In this document: in pieces, positions 53,690-64,000 of the stretch | Position numbering within the stretch: position 1 is the stretch's first letter | Layout: each line of letters starts with the position of its first letter | From: Octopus sinensis | Lineage: Eukaryota | Direction: 5' to 3' | DNA length: 64,000 nucleotides | Assembly (NCBI RefSeq): GCF_006345805.1 | Contig: NC_042999.1 | Location: 172,980,001-173,044,000 of the forward strand | Notes under the pieces: generated by a model | What the model was told of the DNA's origin: nothing | Seen by the model: the letters and a program-made list of their open reading frames with translations, nothing else | The model's database searches: none | Program-made: the position numbers and the translations under genes

Positions 53690-55170
53690 ATACTAATACA
53701 CACTTTTTCCATTTTATTTTCGCTATTAACCGTCCTCGTGACCAATTTCATATCTACGATGGAGCCACAAATTATACGATAAAAATCCAGAGTTAGTCGT
53801 GGTCGATGAATTTTTAATAAAAATGTGAAGGTGATTAATCAATTCAAAAATTGATAGCCAAGACATAATCATACTTTCTGATTTTTTAACGCTAAAAACC
53901 TTCCTGGTGTCCTTCTTCGTAAACCCTCTGGCCGTGAAAAGGGAACAAAGAGACGGACAGATGGACAGATAGACAGACAAATAGAAGGACATAACGCCCA
54001 TTATAGTAAGATAACAAAAGGAAAATTCGCAAGATTGTTGATAACCGGGTTAAAATTTCTCGTACTGCTAATGGAAATGAGAACGTAGTATTCTCTAATA
54101 AAATCTCAGATTTTCTTAATATATAATGGGATAAAAGATTTAAAGATAAGAATAAAAGTAAAATAAACAATAACTTTAAAATGAATCGAAATAAGAGAAC
54201 ATTTACTCTTTCGGAAAACGGATGCAAACATCAAAGTTATGATCTTGACTCGTAGAATACTTTATGGTTAATCATTCCATTTGGTAATCAGGTCAACTAC
54301 AATATTTCCAAATTGTTTAATGCAGCAATTCAAAAATATTTTCAAAAAACCACAAATATTAGGAAATTTCTAATCAACATAAGATTAGATTGGGTTATTG
54401 TCTTAGCCGTAATATTGCACAAATTATAGCAGCACATAATGTTAAAATAATATCGATATTTCAAAACAAAAAAGACGCGATTACAATCAGAATAGCGTAA
54501 TAAATTTGAAGCATAATAAACGTCAAACAGAATAAATAAAATCAATTAGACGGGAACGCTAAGAAATTAAATGTCGTGGAAAGGGAAACAACTCAATTTA
54601 ACAAATAATAACGTCAAATCGAATAAATTTTCAGCTAGAAAAAGAACAACGATAACGTTATCTTAAGGAGTAAAATTGTAATGGAGAACTTGGTGGAAAG
54701 GAATTTAATTCTACAATGAATGATCAAATTGAAACAAAATCTGGAAATATAAAAGGTTATCTTCGGAATTGTTCTATACGGGAATCCTGTTATATGGAAA
54801 ATAAGTGCAAAACTAAGAATGTAATCTATAGATGTATAGTTACATCTGAGGATAAGGAATTCTTCTACATCGGTGGGAAACTGACAAATCATTTGAATTC
54901 ATTTAAAGGCAAAACTAAAAAAGTTCCATACGAGTCTTAACAAATTTATCAGTTCTTTTAAGAACAGCAACAAGGAGAATATACGATTAAATGGGAATTG
55001 ATTCCTCCTGCAAAGCGATGCACATGTGGAACCAATGGATGTGGCCTACATTTAGAAGAATTTACAAGATTTTCACATCTAAGTGTAATGAAATAAATTC
55101 TAGAGAGGAGCAGGCATTGAGATGCTTGGACATAAGGAAATTCACATTTGCCAAGTATAAATGAATATTT
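53690..55170 (+). mobile_element. Degraded Penelope-like element (RT C-terminus/linker + GIY-YIG endonuclease)
   Basis: LWLIIPFGNQVNYNISKLF..; NQHKIRLGYCLSRNIAQIIAAHNVKII; CYMENKCKTKNVIYRC.VTSEDKEFFYIG (ORF 54716-54940); EYTIKWELIPPAKRCTCGTNGCGLHLEE; NEINSREE..RKFTF. Confidence 0.85.
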
Positions 55171-55482
55171 ATTATTTAAACTATACAAGGATTTGAAATG
55201 ATGGAATGAAAATTATTATCAAATAGACATCGTTCGCGCCTGACTTCACGGACATCTCTACATTATACAACGCAGAGTTTATAAAATAATATTATTAAAC
55301 GGCCATACAGAGAGATATCAAGTGAAGAGACTGAATAGGCTGCACTGTTTTATAGTAGGGTTACAATTGAAACGATTACTAATTGGTGCAATTCAAAATG
55401 ATTTTGGTCTTAAAAGGCGGATATATTTGTAGAATTAAAGGTAATGTTGCTACTTTAAATATATATATATATATTATATATA

Positions 55483-55563
<81 letters not shown>

Positions 55564-55589
55564 TAATAGATGTGTGTATTTTTCCCTCA

Positions 55590-56245
55590 CGGAAAAAATT
55601 GATAAATAGTTACCAGGGTAGCAAAATAAATCACACAAGTAAAAGGGTGTAACTCCTTGTTGCTAAAGGTAGAAACTCCGGGAATACGTGAAATATTTTG
55701 TATAATACATATAAATAAATAAATGGAGGTTAACGCAGGTGTTAATCAAATTCGTTTACTTCCGACACATGTTTCGAAGATATCAGTGGTATTATTCCAC
55801 AGGAATAAAATGGTGTATAATAATGTAATCTTCTCTTCAAGGAAATGAAGAAATGAAACTTGTCAATCTTTTAACAGAATAAGATGGATAAGTATAGTGA
55901 TTAACTGAACGGTATTAACATTAAAAAAAACCTTTAGAGAATATAACGTGAAAGGTAGCCTGTAGAAAGAGGAAGGGGGAAGGAAAGAAGAAAACAAATA
56001 AATTAGAAGTATATAACGATATGTAAATTAAATAAAACTCTAAAGTCTTGAAAAAGATATATCTAGTGAATGTGAAATGTAAGAAGAAAATTAATGTTTA
56101 AATTATATATAATGATAGATATTATATGAACTAAAGGTGTGTTTCTGCCAATGATATGATTGTCAAATTTATCACTGGTATTATTCCAAAGGAATAATAC
56201 CAGTGATATCTTCGAAAAATGTGTCAGAAGTAAAAGAATTTGAAT
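55590..56245. mobile_element. PLE pseudo-LTR with hammerhead (55760-55844, -) and an inverted partial copy (56170-56245, +)
   Basis: Minus strand TTCC-TTGAAGA-GAAGAT..ATCTTC-GAA-ACA(TG)TGT-C-GGAA; 56191-56245 is the diverged reverse complement of ~55740-55800. Confidence 0.6.
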
Positions 56246-56378
56246 AACAAGCGTTTAACTCAATTCATATATATAATATATTATATATATATTATATATT
56301 ATATATATATATATATAATATTGGAATTTACAGAACAACAGAAAGGAATAGAAGCATTTTTTAAAAATTGATATATAT

Positions 56379-56565
56379 AACTAGTCCTGGAACTTTTGAT
56401 ACCGCCTCCTTTTGGAATCCGGCTTGGAATCTTTTCTACATAAGCGAGTCGAGGACCCTTCTGCGACTTGCTCTGGATCTTAACAATGCTGTTAAAAAGG
56501 TGACAAGCTCATGATTCAGTAGAACTCGACGACTGGGTGCATTGTCGTCGTGAAAAAATCATTTC
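56379..56565. mobile_element. Rearranged mariner fragment (flipped TIR fused to internal sequence)
   Basis: TIR aactagtcctggaacttttgataccgcctc (56379-56409) is followed by sequence homologous to ~56810-56965. Confidence 0.7.
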
Positions 56566-56693
56566 ACACACGAGGAATACCTAAGACTAGAATTGGTAGC
56601 ATACCATAAGAATACTACCGTCTATTTGGGAATTCTATGGGATAACGAGCTCTATTTATACTCTTATACGTTCTTAACAGAACACACCTCAAC

Positions 56694-56730
<37 letters not shown>

Positions 56731-56736
<6 letters not shown>

Positions 56737-57420
56737 GGTGGTATCAAAAAGTTTAAGGACTACTTATGTTTAGTGATCAAAAAATAATTTATTTACCAGC
56801 GTTCCTGCCACTTTTGGAATCCTCCTTGGAAACCGTTTTCCATAAGCGAGCCGAGGACCTTCTGCGACTCGCTCTGGATCTTAACAACAGTGTTAAAAAG
56901 GTGACAAACTCACGAGTCAGTAGAACTCGGTGACTGGGTGCATTGTCGTCGTGAAGAATTCATTTCTTTGCGATCTACATATCCGGTCATTTTCGCCGAA
57001 TATCCTCCATCAAACGCTTCAAAAATTCGTTGTTTGTTCTCCGACAATCCACATTTTCGGGGATGTCACTAATGCCACGTCTTCCGGATCACTCTTTGTC
57101 GCACAGGGACGTTCTTCCGCTTTTGAAGCAGCCATGTCACAGGAAATATTGCGTACGACCCATTGCCTCGTTGTCGTAAGCTTGTCGAAGAATGGTCAAA
57201 GTCTCTGTAGCAGACTCCCCATGTTTATCGCAAAATTTCACGTTGGCTCCTTGCTCCAACTTTTTGCCCATGACAAAATTCGCACACTACTGTTTAGACG
57301 TGATCCCAGGAACACAAATTTCACAATTTACTAAGTAAACGCAACAACGTCACTCGGCACCCTGCCTCACAACGATGACTGCTAGCTCTCACTGCGCACG
57401 CAACCATGTGCTCACTTCGT
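56731..57420 (-). mobile_element. Internally deleted mariner related to 41427-42293
   Basis: TIR tacttggtggtatcaaaaagttt; minus-strand N-terminus LEQGANVKFC..ESATETLTILRQAYDNEAMGRTQ..FKSGRTSL. Confidence 0.8.
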
Positions 57421-57599
57421 TCCGTCTCTTTCCTTCCAGTTTGTTTTACAGTTTACTACAATGATGCGAAATTCTCTCCCTTTGCTTTGCCTTCCCCTCT
57501 CTCTTTCTCTCTCTGCCTCACCCTTCTCTCTAGCCTGTGTCTTCCTCTATCTGTCTCTCTCTCTCTCCCACTCCTCCTCACTTTCGTCACTGCTAATCC

Positions 57600-58100
57600 T
57601 TTCGCCTGTTGCATTCAGGCCCTAAGGTCACGTTCCCAGCGCTCGCCATTTACCTTCTCGTCCCCGCCAGAACAAAGGCCTTCGTTCGTCTTTTTTGTTT
57701 GTTTCTCTTGTTTATTTTGATTTCTCGTATTGTAATTTAATTCTCGTTTTGTATTTTCTGTACATGTATCTTTAATTTTGTATTTTTTTCTTGTTTTTTT
57801 GTGCAGTTCTTGTGTACGTCTGTTTTTGTGTTACATTTTTCTTGCTCGTTTTACCCTCTACGAGGTTATTTTATTTTAATTCTCTCGTAGAAGCCTAGCA
57901 TGACAGACGTGTCCTGTCTTGCCTTCGAAACACGCTATGTCTGCTAGCGACAGCTGATGAAGGGGATTTTTCCTTGTGCAGCATGTCCTGTACTTCGTTT
58001 TCTGCTGTACATAATTGCTTTTCCCGTTTTCGTTTCGTCTTGTCTCTGTCCTTCTGTTGTAACAAAATGGCGTCTCCGTTTTCGTTTCTGTTGATTTTTA
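57600..58100 (+). mobile_element. Probable PLE pseudo-LTR with two tandem degenerate hammerhead motifs (57895-57947, 57950-57991)
   Basis: Stem I pairs CTAGCA/TGCTAG and ACAG/CTGT; GAAACA..TGTC in the first motif, CTGATGA in the second. Confidence 0.45.
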
Positions 58101-58232
58101 CGTCTTTTTGTGGTGTCCTGTACGTATATATATTTATATATGCATGTATATATACATGTAGATGTCGGTACGTACATATATGTTTGTATGTATGCATATA
58201 TTTTATTTATTACACTATATATATATATACTA

Positions 58233-59291
58233 ACTAGCTGCTTCTATGTGAGATCTAAATCATTTACATGCTTTAATCAAGCGGTCCTGGTTCATTACTC
58301 TGACTAGGGGCGTATTCATTGACCCCTCTCTCAACAACACTCCACATGTAGTAGACCAATGGATTGAGATCTGGGGAATAAGGAGGCCAAATGTTACGAG
58401 TTATGTCAGCTTTTCAACCATCTATTCAAGTGTTACTAGAGTCATATGTGACAGTGCAGAGTCTGACTGAAACACATATGGCTTGCATTGCATACACTGT
58501 CTATCCAGGGTTTAAAAATTATTTCTAGGACCTCAACGTAGGCGGGAGAGATTAACTCTAATGCGTTGTGGAAAGAAGTAAGAAGACTTCAGATGTACTT
58601 CCCTGCTGACAACCCCTAAAACATGACAGTTGCAGGAATGTATGTGTGCATAACACTTGGAACTTCAGAAGGGTCTGCACATAACTATCTATCATTTCTG
58701 CTGTTAACCTTTTGATTTTGGTCGAAGTCTTTCTCGTTTGATAAAAATCAAAGCAAATATACTTCTGCTGGATTTTTCAGTTTGTTTCAGAGCCATTTAG
58801 ATCTGATGTAGTGATCTTTTACTTTTTCTGACAAATTTATCTTTCCTCATCAAATAAGACTTATATCCGATGTCTTCGTGGACAACATTTTTTACTGTTC
58901 CTTCTGACACATGGAGATCTTTGCAACAGATCTCATGGACTTTCTGGGATTGTAGTAAATGATCTGTTGAATTTGTTGGATAAATTCAGGTGTTCTGATG
59001 ACTTTAGAGTGTTTAGAATACTTTTTATGCTTTGATACTGGCGATACGTTTATATCTTCAGTCTCCTTACAAATTTTGTAGACGAAACATCTGGCCAATT
59101 TTTTGAAATAGAGATATTTCTAAAGCACTATGCCCAGCCTTTATAACCACAATAACAGCATGCCTATTCATTTCTTCAGTAAGCTAAGGGTCTGTCATTA
59201 TTAATTTCTGAAAGAAAGATTATTCAGAGTTATCAAAATATGCAGCAATGACCCAAAATTGTATGTCCTCAAATACGTTTCGAATCCTGTA
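58233..59291 (-). mobile_element. Degraded maT (DD37D)-like Tc1/mariner transposase
   Basis: IRTPEFIQQ..NPRKSMRS; VHEDIGYKSY; NEKDFDQNQKVNSRNDR; FQSDSALSH; IWPPYSPDLNPLVYYMWSVVER; the element end reads TA-CAGG on the minus strand. Confidence 0.8.
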
Positions 59292-59833
59292 TATATGTAT
59301 AGAGACGATGAGCGATGGCTAGAAGGATATTGAGCTTAATTTGATAACCAGCTGATCTAACAAGCGGGGCCTCATATCAGTGAGGGAGGCCGGTGCGCAT
59401 TGATGCCGTCGAGAGGTAGGCCCCGAAATGGCGCACATTCTATCCTGATGACCCCATACACTTGCTGGTTTCTGGTATACGGAGCTTTTGACTGGTAGCA
59501 CTTGCACGTACAAGTTGTTTGCAAGACATATATACGTATGTATATATATATATGTATGTATGTATATATGCACGCATGCATTTATACATAGACACACACA
59601 TACACACACATATATACACGTTTTTGTGAGTGTGTGTGTGTGTGTTGAAGAATGTGTATGTGGAACAGTCTGCGGGACGTTGATGAATGGGAGTGGTTGG
59701 ATGTTAACGACTGTTCTGTGGATGTTCGTATCAATGCAACGTTTGTGTCCGAACAGAAAACAGACTGAATGGCATTGGTACCATAAGCTTGACAATCATC
59801 TGAACAAAATGTACTTGATTATATTTGTGTATG

Positions 59834-59868
<35 letters not shown>

Positions 59869-60065
59869 GTATGGATGTATATATATGTGTGTGCGTGTGT
59901 GTTCAGAATCACTCCGGACGCTGAGAAGGAGAGAAAATAGTAATTCAGTGAAGGAGATGTAGTGAGAGTAATAGCCATGACTGAAAGGGAATGCGAGAAA
60001 GTAATATCACTGAGAGAAAGGAAAGAGTGATAGAAGCAAAAAAAAGGAAGGGGTGAAAAAAATCA

Positions 60066-60277
60066 GCGGCGAGTTGGCAGAAACGTTAGCATGTCAGGCG
60101 AAACGCTTAGCGGTATTTCGTCTGTCTTTACGTTCTGGGTTCAAATTCTGCCGAGGTCGACTTTGTTTTTCATCATTTCGGAGTCGATAAATTAAGTACC
60201 AGTTGCGTACTGGGGTCGATCTAATCGACTGGCTTCCTACCCTAAAATTTCGGGCCTTGTGCCTTGAATGGAAAAGA
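60066..60277 (+). mobile_element. SINE (ggcgagttggcagaa... family), near full length
   Basis: A/B-box-like head (ggcgagttggcagaa..gggttcaaattc) and core gtcgactttg..tttcatc..taagtaccagttg..ggggtcgat; several other copies in the window. Confidence 0.85.
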
Positions 60278-61739
60278 AAAAATATTTTTTTATATATAGC
60301 CTGGCATAAAAAGAAACATTGTGTGTGTGCATAAGTTTATCGTAGTATGTAGGTGCAGATTTTTGAAAGGGGTCGTAATCTTATATTCTTCTACTGGAGA
60401 AAGTAGAATTTCATTGCGTTAAAAAATTTTGAAGAGAATAATCTATTAGAGTTTTAACTAATTGAAATATTGCTTCCACATTAACTACCAATCTACAGAT
60501 TGCTAATTAGTGAGATTGTCTCCATATATTTTCGGTGGATATTTGATCTCGTGGTTTGCATCTTCAAGCCAAATGCCGCTCTTCTTTCTGGGATCGATAA
60601 ATGAAATAGAAGTAAGGGGCTAAATTTATTAGAACATTGGACAGCATGCTCTCCTATTTGTTTTTCGACTTTACTATATTGAAAATCTCATCTACATTCT
60701 CATTATAGTGTTGTACCTTTAACTGGCTACACCAAGAAAACTAACAATGGCGCCGATGTCAAAATTTTTGTGTCGTTATTGAAGAGGGGCGATTTAATAG
60801 TAGAAATTGCTCAAAAGTTCATGATGATAAATATTTTGATCATAGGATGAAGACAGAAGTGTTGGCTACAGCGTCGATGACGACGACGACGACGACGATG
60901 ACGATGAGAATGATCTTGCTATAATGCAGAAACATAGATTTATATATCAGCTGAAATATGTATGACTGTAAACAAACGTTATCTCAATTATTTCTCTGTT
61001 ATTGGATATTAAATTGGTCAAATATCTTTGGGACGACTATACAATTGACCTCTTGAATCTGTCTCTTGAAATATAATTATCTTTTATATGTAATTTAGTG
61101 AAAATAGTGAATGAAAATTAGTTCATAAATCTGCTGTCTAAATGTATAATCTTTGATAGCGCCACTGTTTAAATTAATTTGCTTTTCTAGATCGAAGTAT
61201 TGTTTAAGCAAAATACCGTGTTATTATATTTATTAAACTAAGAATCCAAAGTAGTTTGCTGTGTTCTCAATTTTCATTCAATGTTGATGCTTGAATATTT
61301 TTGTAGTTCATTCTTCTCTTTACGTTTGTTTATTATATTTCCATGAAACACATTTTGCAATTACTTCTAATTTTATTTCCTGTTTCTCTTCTGGTCGCTA
61401 AATTTTCAGATCATTAAAATTTCCTGTTGTTTTACACTTTAACAAAGCATTTCATTTAAAGTGCTCGTATATTAAGTCTCATTCCATCATAACTGAATGA
61501 TCGATACAGATACACCTTCCCTCACCACATACACACACTCAAATATTATTTTCCAACGGTTAAAACCGTGACTGAGATAGACCAACTAAAAATGTAAATA
61601 GCCCAATATTACACAGAGGACTGCACTCTTAATGTATATATATATATATATATACATAAATGCATACGTATAGATATACATACGCGCGAGCACACACACG
61701 CATGCACACATATTCAAACACACACAAGAGAAACTAGCA

Positions 61740-62400
61740 TTGGAAAAAATGAAGACGGAAATCGAACTCCTTAAACGTAGAGCGTTAAGCAATGGACAAA
61801 TATTTAAATATATAGATGAAGAAATATATACCAAATTAAGGAAACATTCAGATGGTCAAGTTTGGAGAATGTTTTTGAACTATGGAAAACAACATGTGAA
61901 ACTGAAGAAACCAATTCCCTGCAACGCTGGGAAAGACGAACTAATTTTTGTCCTAAACTACGAAACACAGTTCAACATAGGAAACATAGATATCGGATAA
62001 CCCCTTCCTGAAGAAAAAGAAACCAAAACCCCACGCAGAATGGACCTCACATTTATCGACCTCAAACCACAGACAACCTAGGGGACACAAATCCATCGAA
62101 CTAATCTCACTTCTACTCCAAAATTACTTCCAAACAACAAATAGAAATTCCGTTCGTAATAGAAAATCCGGATGTAATCTTCAAGGCCCCCTACAAATCA
62201 AAAGACCCATCCAAGCTACGAGACTAACCTAAACTTTCGGGAGCAACTACCTACCAATCTACCCCATCATCTCACAGACAATGGGAAAAATTACCTCCGA
62301 GACTAATACTTCAAACATTCGACTACACACAACCTAACTAGACAACATAACTTCTCTCTCCCCCACATTACAAAATTTTAAATAAATCTAACCCAAAACC
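61740..62400 (+). mobile_element. Possible degraded Penelope-like RT region
   Basis: A/C-rich fragmentary frames with LISLLLQNYFQ and FGSNYLPIYPI (NYF and MGS..P-like PLE RT motifs); weak. Confidence 0.35.
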
Positions 62401-62780
62401 CCAGTACAACCATAGCCTGTAGCTCAGCATATCGGAATGTTGCTACCTATGCAAGATGCTCCAAATGACTTGCTATTATCAATTCCGAATCTTGAGGGAT
62501 GCAATTTACTTGTTTCTTTTTCAGCTCATTTCAATGCAATGCTAACTTGAGACTAAGCATATGCACAGATACGTAATGTGCATATATGCCTATTATAGAG
62601 TAGTCACTTACTCCCTGGAATTCATCCGGTCGTTAAAATATCTTAATTTCATATTGCAAGCTCCTAGTTATGCAACTTTGGTGAGGTTGGTTTAATATTC
62701 GATAACCCAACAAGGAAACAGGTTGTAATGGAAGACATGTTTAAAGCAGCACTCTCAAGCGTTTGTCATATTGATATACA

Positions 62781-63210
62781 GGAGTGACTGTATGATAAGT
62801 AGCTTGCTTACCAACCACATGGTTCTGGATTCAGTCCGATTGCGCGGCAACTTGGGCAAGTGTCTTCCTCTATAGCTTCGGGCCGACCAAATCTTTGTGA
62901 GTGGATTTGGTAGACGGAAACTGAAAGAAGTCCATCGTATATATACATATATATATATATGTGTGTGTGTATGTGTGTATGTGCTTGTGTGTGAGTGTGT
63001 GTCTGTGTCTGTGTTCGTCCAACCAACATCGTTTGACAACTGATACTTGTGCGTTTACGTCCCCGTAATCTAGCGGTTCGGAAAAAGCGATCGATAGAAT
63101 AAGTACTAGGCTTACAAAGAAAAAAAGTCCTGGGGTTGATTTACTTAACTAAAGGTGGTGCTCCAGCATGGCAGTAATCAAATGAATGAAACAAATAAAA
63201 GAACAAAAGT
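62781..63210 (+). mobile_element. Long tRNA-derived SINE with internal (TG)n
   Basis: tRNA-like head ggagtgactgtatgataag..ggattcagtcc; body shared with 46232-46520; A-rich tail. Confidence 0.8.
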
Positions 63211-63724
63211 ATGCAAAACACACGCACACAAACACGAACTTTAATATAACAACAGAGAGAGAAAGATACTGACAGTCAGATGCATCCAAGTTATGACTTT
63301 TGTATACTAGCAGAAACGCAGCCCTCCAGCCGGATTTCTACTAGTTGCTAAGTAATATTTCCACATTTGATTCTAGTTATGTGTAATTTTTCTCGTTTTT
63401 TAGGTCTAATTTTTCCAAACTCCAAAACGTTGCTTTTCAAAAAACGAAAAAATATTCTTGCCATTCCATAGCAAAACCGTTGTACTACACAGGCAATTTT
63501 TGATATCTTGGCATCTGAAGCATTTCAAGATGCGATGGTTTTACCAAAAGTACTGGCTTTTGCGAGCAAAAATAAATATTGAAAAAAGCGCATTTAGCCA
63601 AATTTGGACATACCACAGTTGAAAATGATAACGATATAATGTTCATTTAATCTAGATGTGTAAAGGTCCTCAGTTTACTGCATATACACTGTAAAGGAAT
63701 AAACTATCCAAAACATATTGTGTT

Positions 63725-63773
63725 CGAGAGAGAGATAGAGAGAGAGGGGGGAGGAGACAGAGAGGGAGAGAAA

Positions 63774-63830
<57 letters not shown>
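63725..63830. repeat. (GA)n microsatellite
   Basis: Directly visible; a (CT)n tract also occupies 1-77. Confidence 0.95.
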
Positions 63831-64000
63831 GACAAAGTGTGAACGCTACCTCGCAAGGTTGAAAAAACATTATTTTGCCGTGGATTAAAATTAATTTTCC
63901 TTAATCGAATTTTGTAATAAGTAAAGAAACTTAAAAACCACATTCTTATTTCGTATATAAATATATACATATGTATGATGAAAGTAAACAAAGTTTGCTT

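Noticed and set aside
55315-55390. GTGAAGA-GACTG...CAATT-GAAACG hammerhead-like motif after the 53.7-55.2 kb PLE
   Set aside because: Core C3 is missing, and stems I and II pair poorly; too degenerate to call.
61740-62000. 86-aa ORF as a host gene
   Set aside because: No convincing ATG start or splice context; it is contiguous with A/C-rich fragments bearing PLE RT-like motifs.
1-64000. CRISPR arrays, rRNA genes, prokaryotic operons
   Set aside because: No regularly spaced direct repeats with unique spacers, no rRNA-like sequence and no gene-dense regions; the window is eukaryotic intronic/intergenic DNA.

Overview
Strongly AT-rich, microsatellite- and transposon-dense animal DNA. The SINE, Penelope and mariner repertoire resembles what I recall from octopus/coleoid cephalopod genomes (inference, not checked). 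Only one host gene is visible: the last two coding exons of a CCN-family (CTGF/CYR61/NOV-like) matricellular protein on the + strand. These are a TSP1 exon (9546-9757) and a C-terminal cystine-knot exon (30139-30399), joined by a ~20.4 kb GT-AG intron; the upstream IGFBP/VWC exons were not found in the window. The rest is decayed mobile DNA (tRNA-derived SINEs; R4/Dong-, CR1/L2- and RTE-like LINE remnants; mariner and maT transposons; many Penelope-like element, PLE, fragments) plus simple repeats. Nearly all ORFs in the supplied track are microsatellite or TE artefacts. The most interesting signal is a set of PLE-associated hammerhead-ribozyme motifs and foldback structures. The standout is a perfect 308-bp inverted repeat (49936-50605) in which each arm carries a complete type I hammerhead, so the antisense copy is transcribed before the ribozyme in either direction. 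TE boundaries are approximate; all alignments and folds were done by eye.
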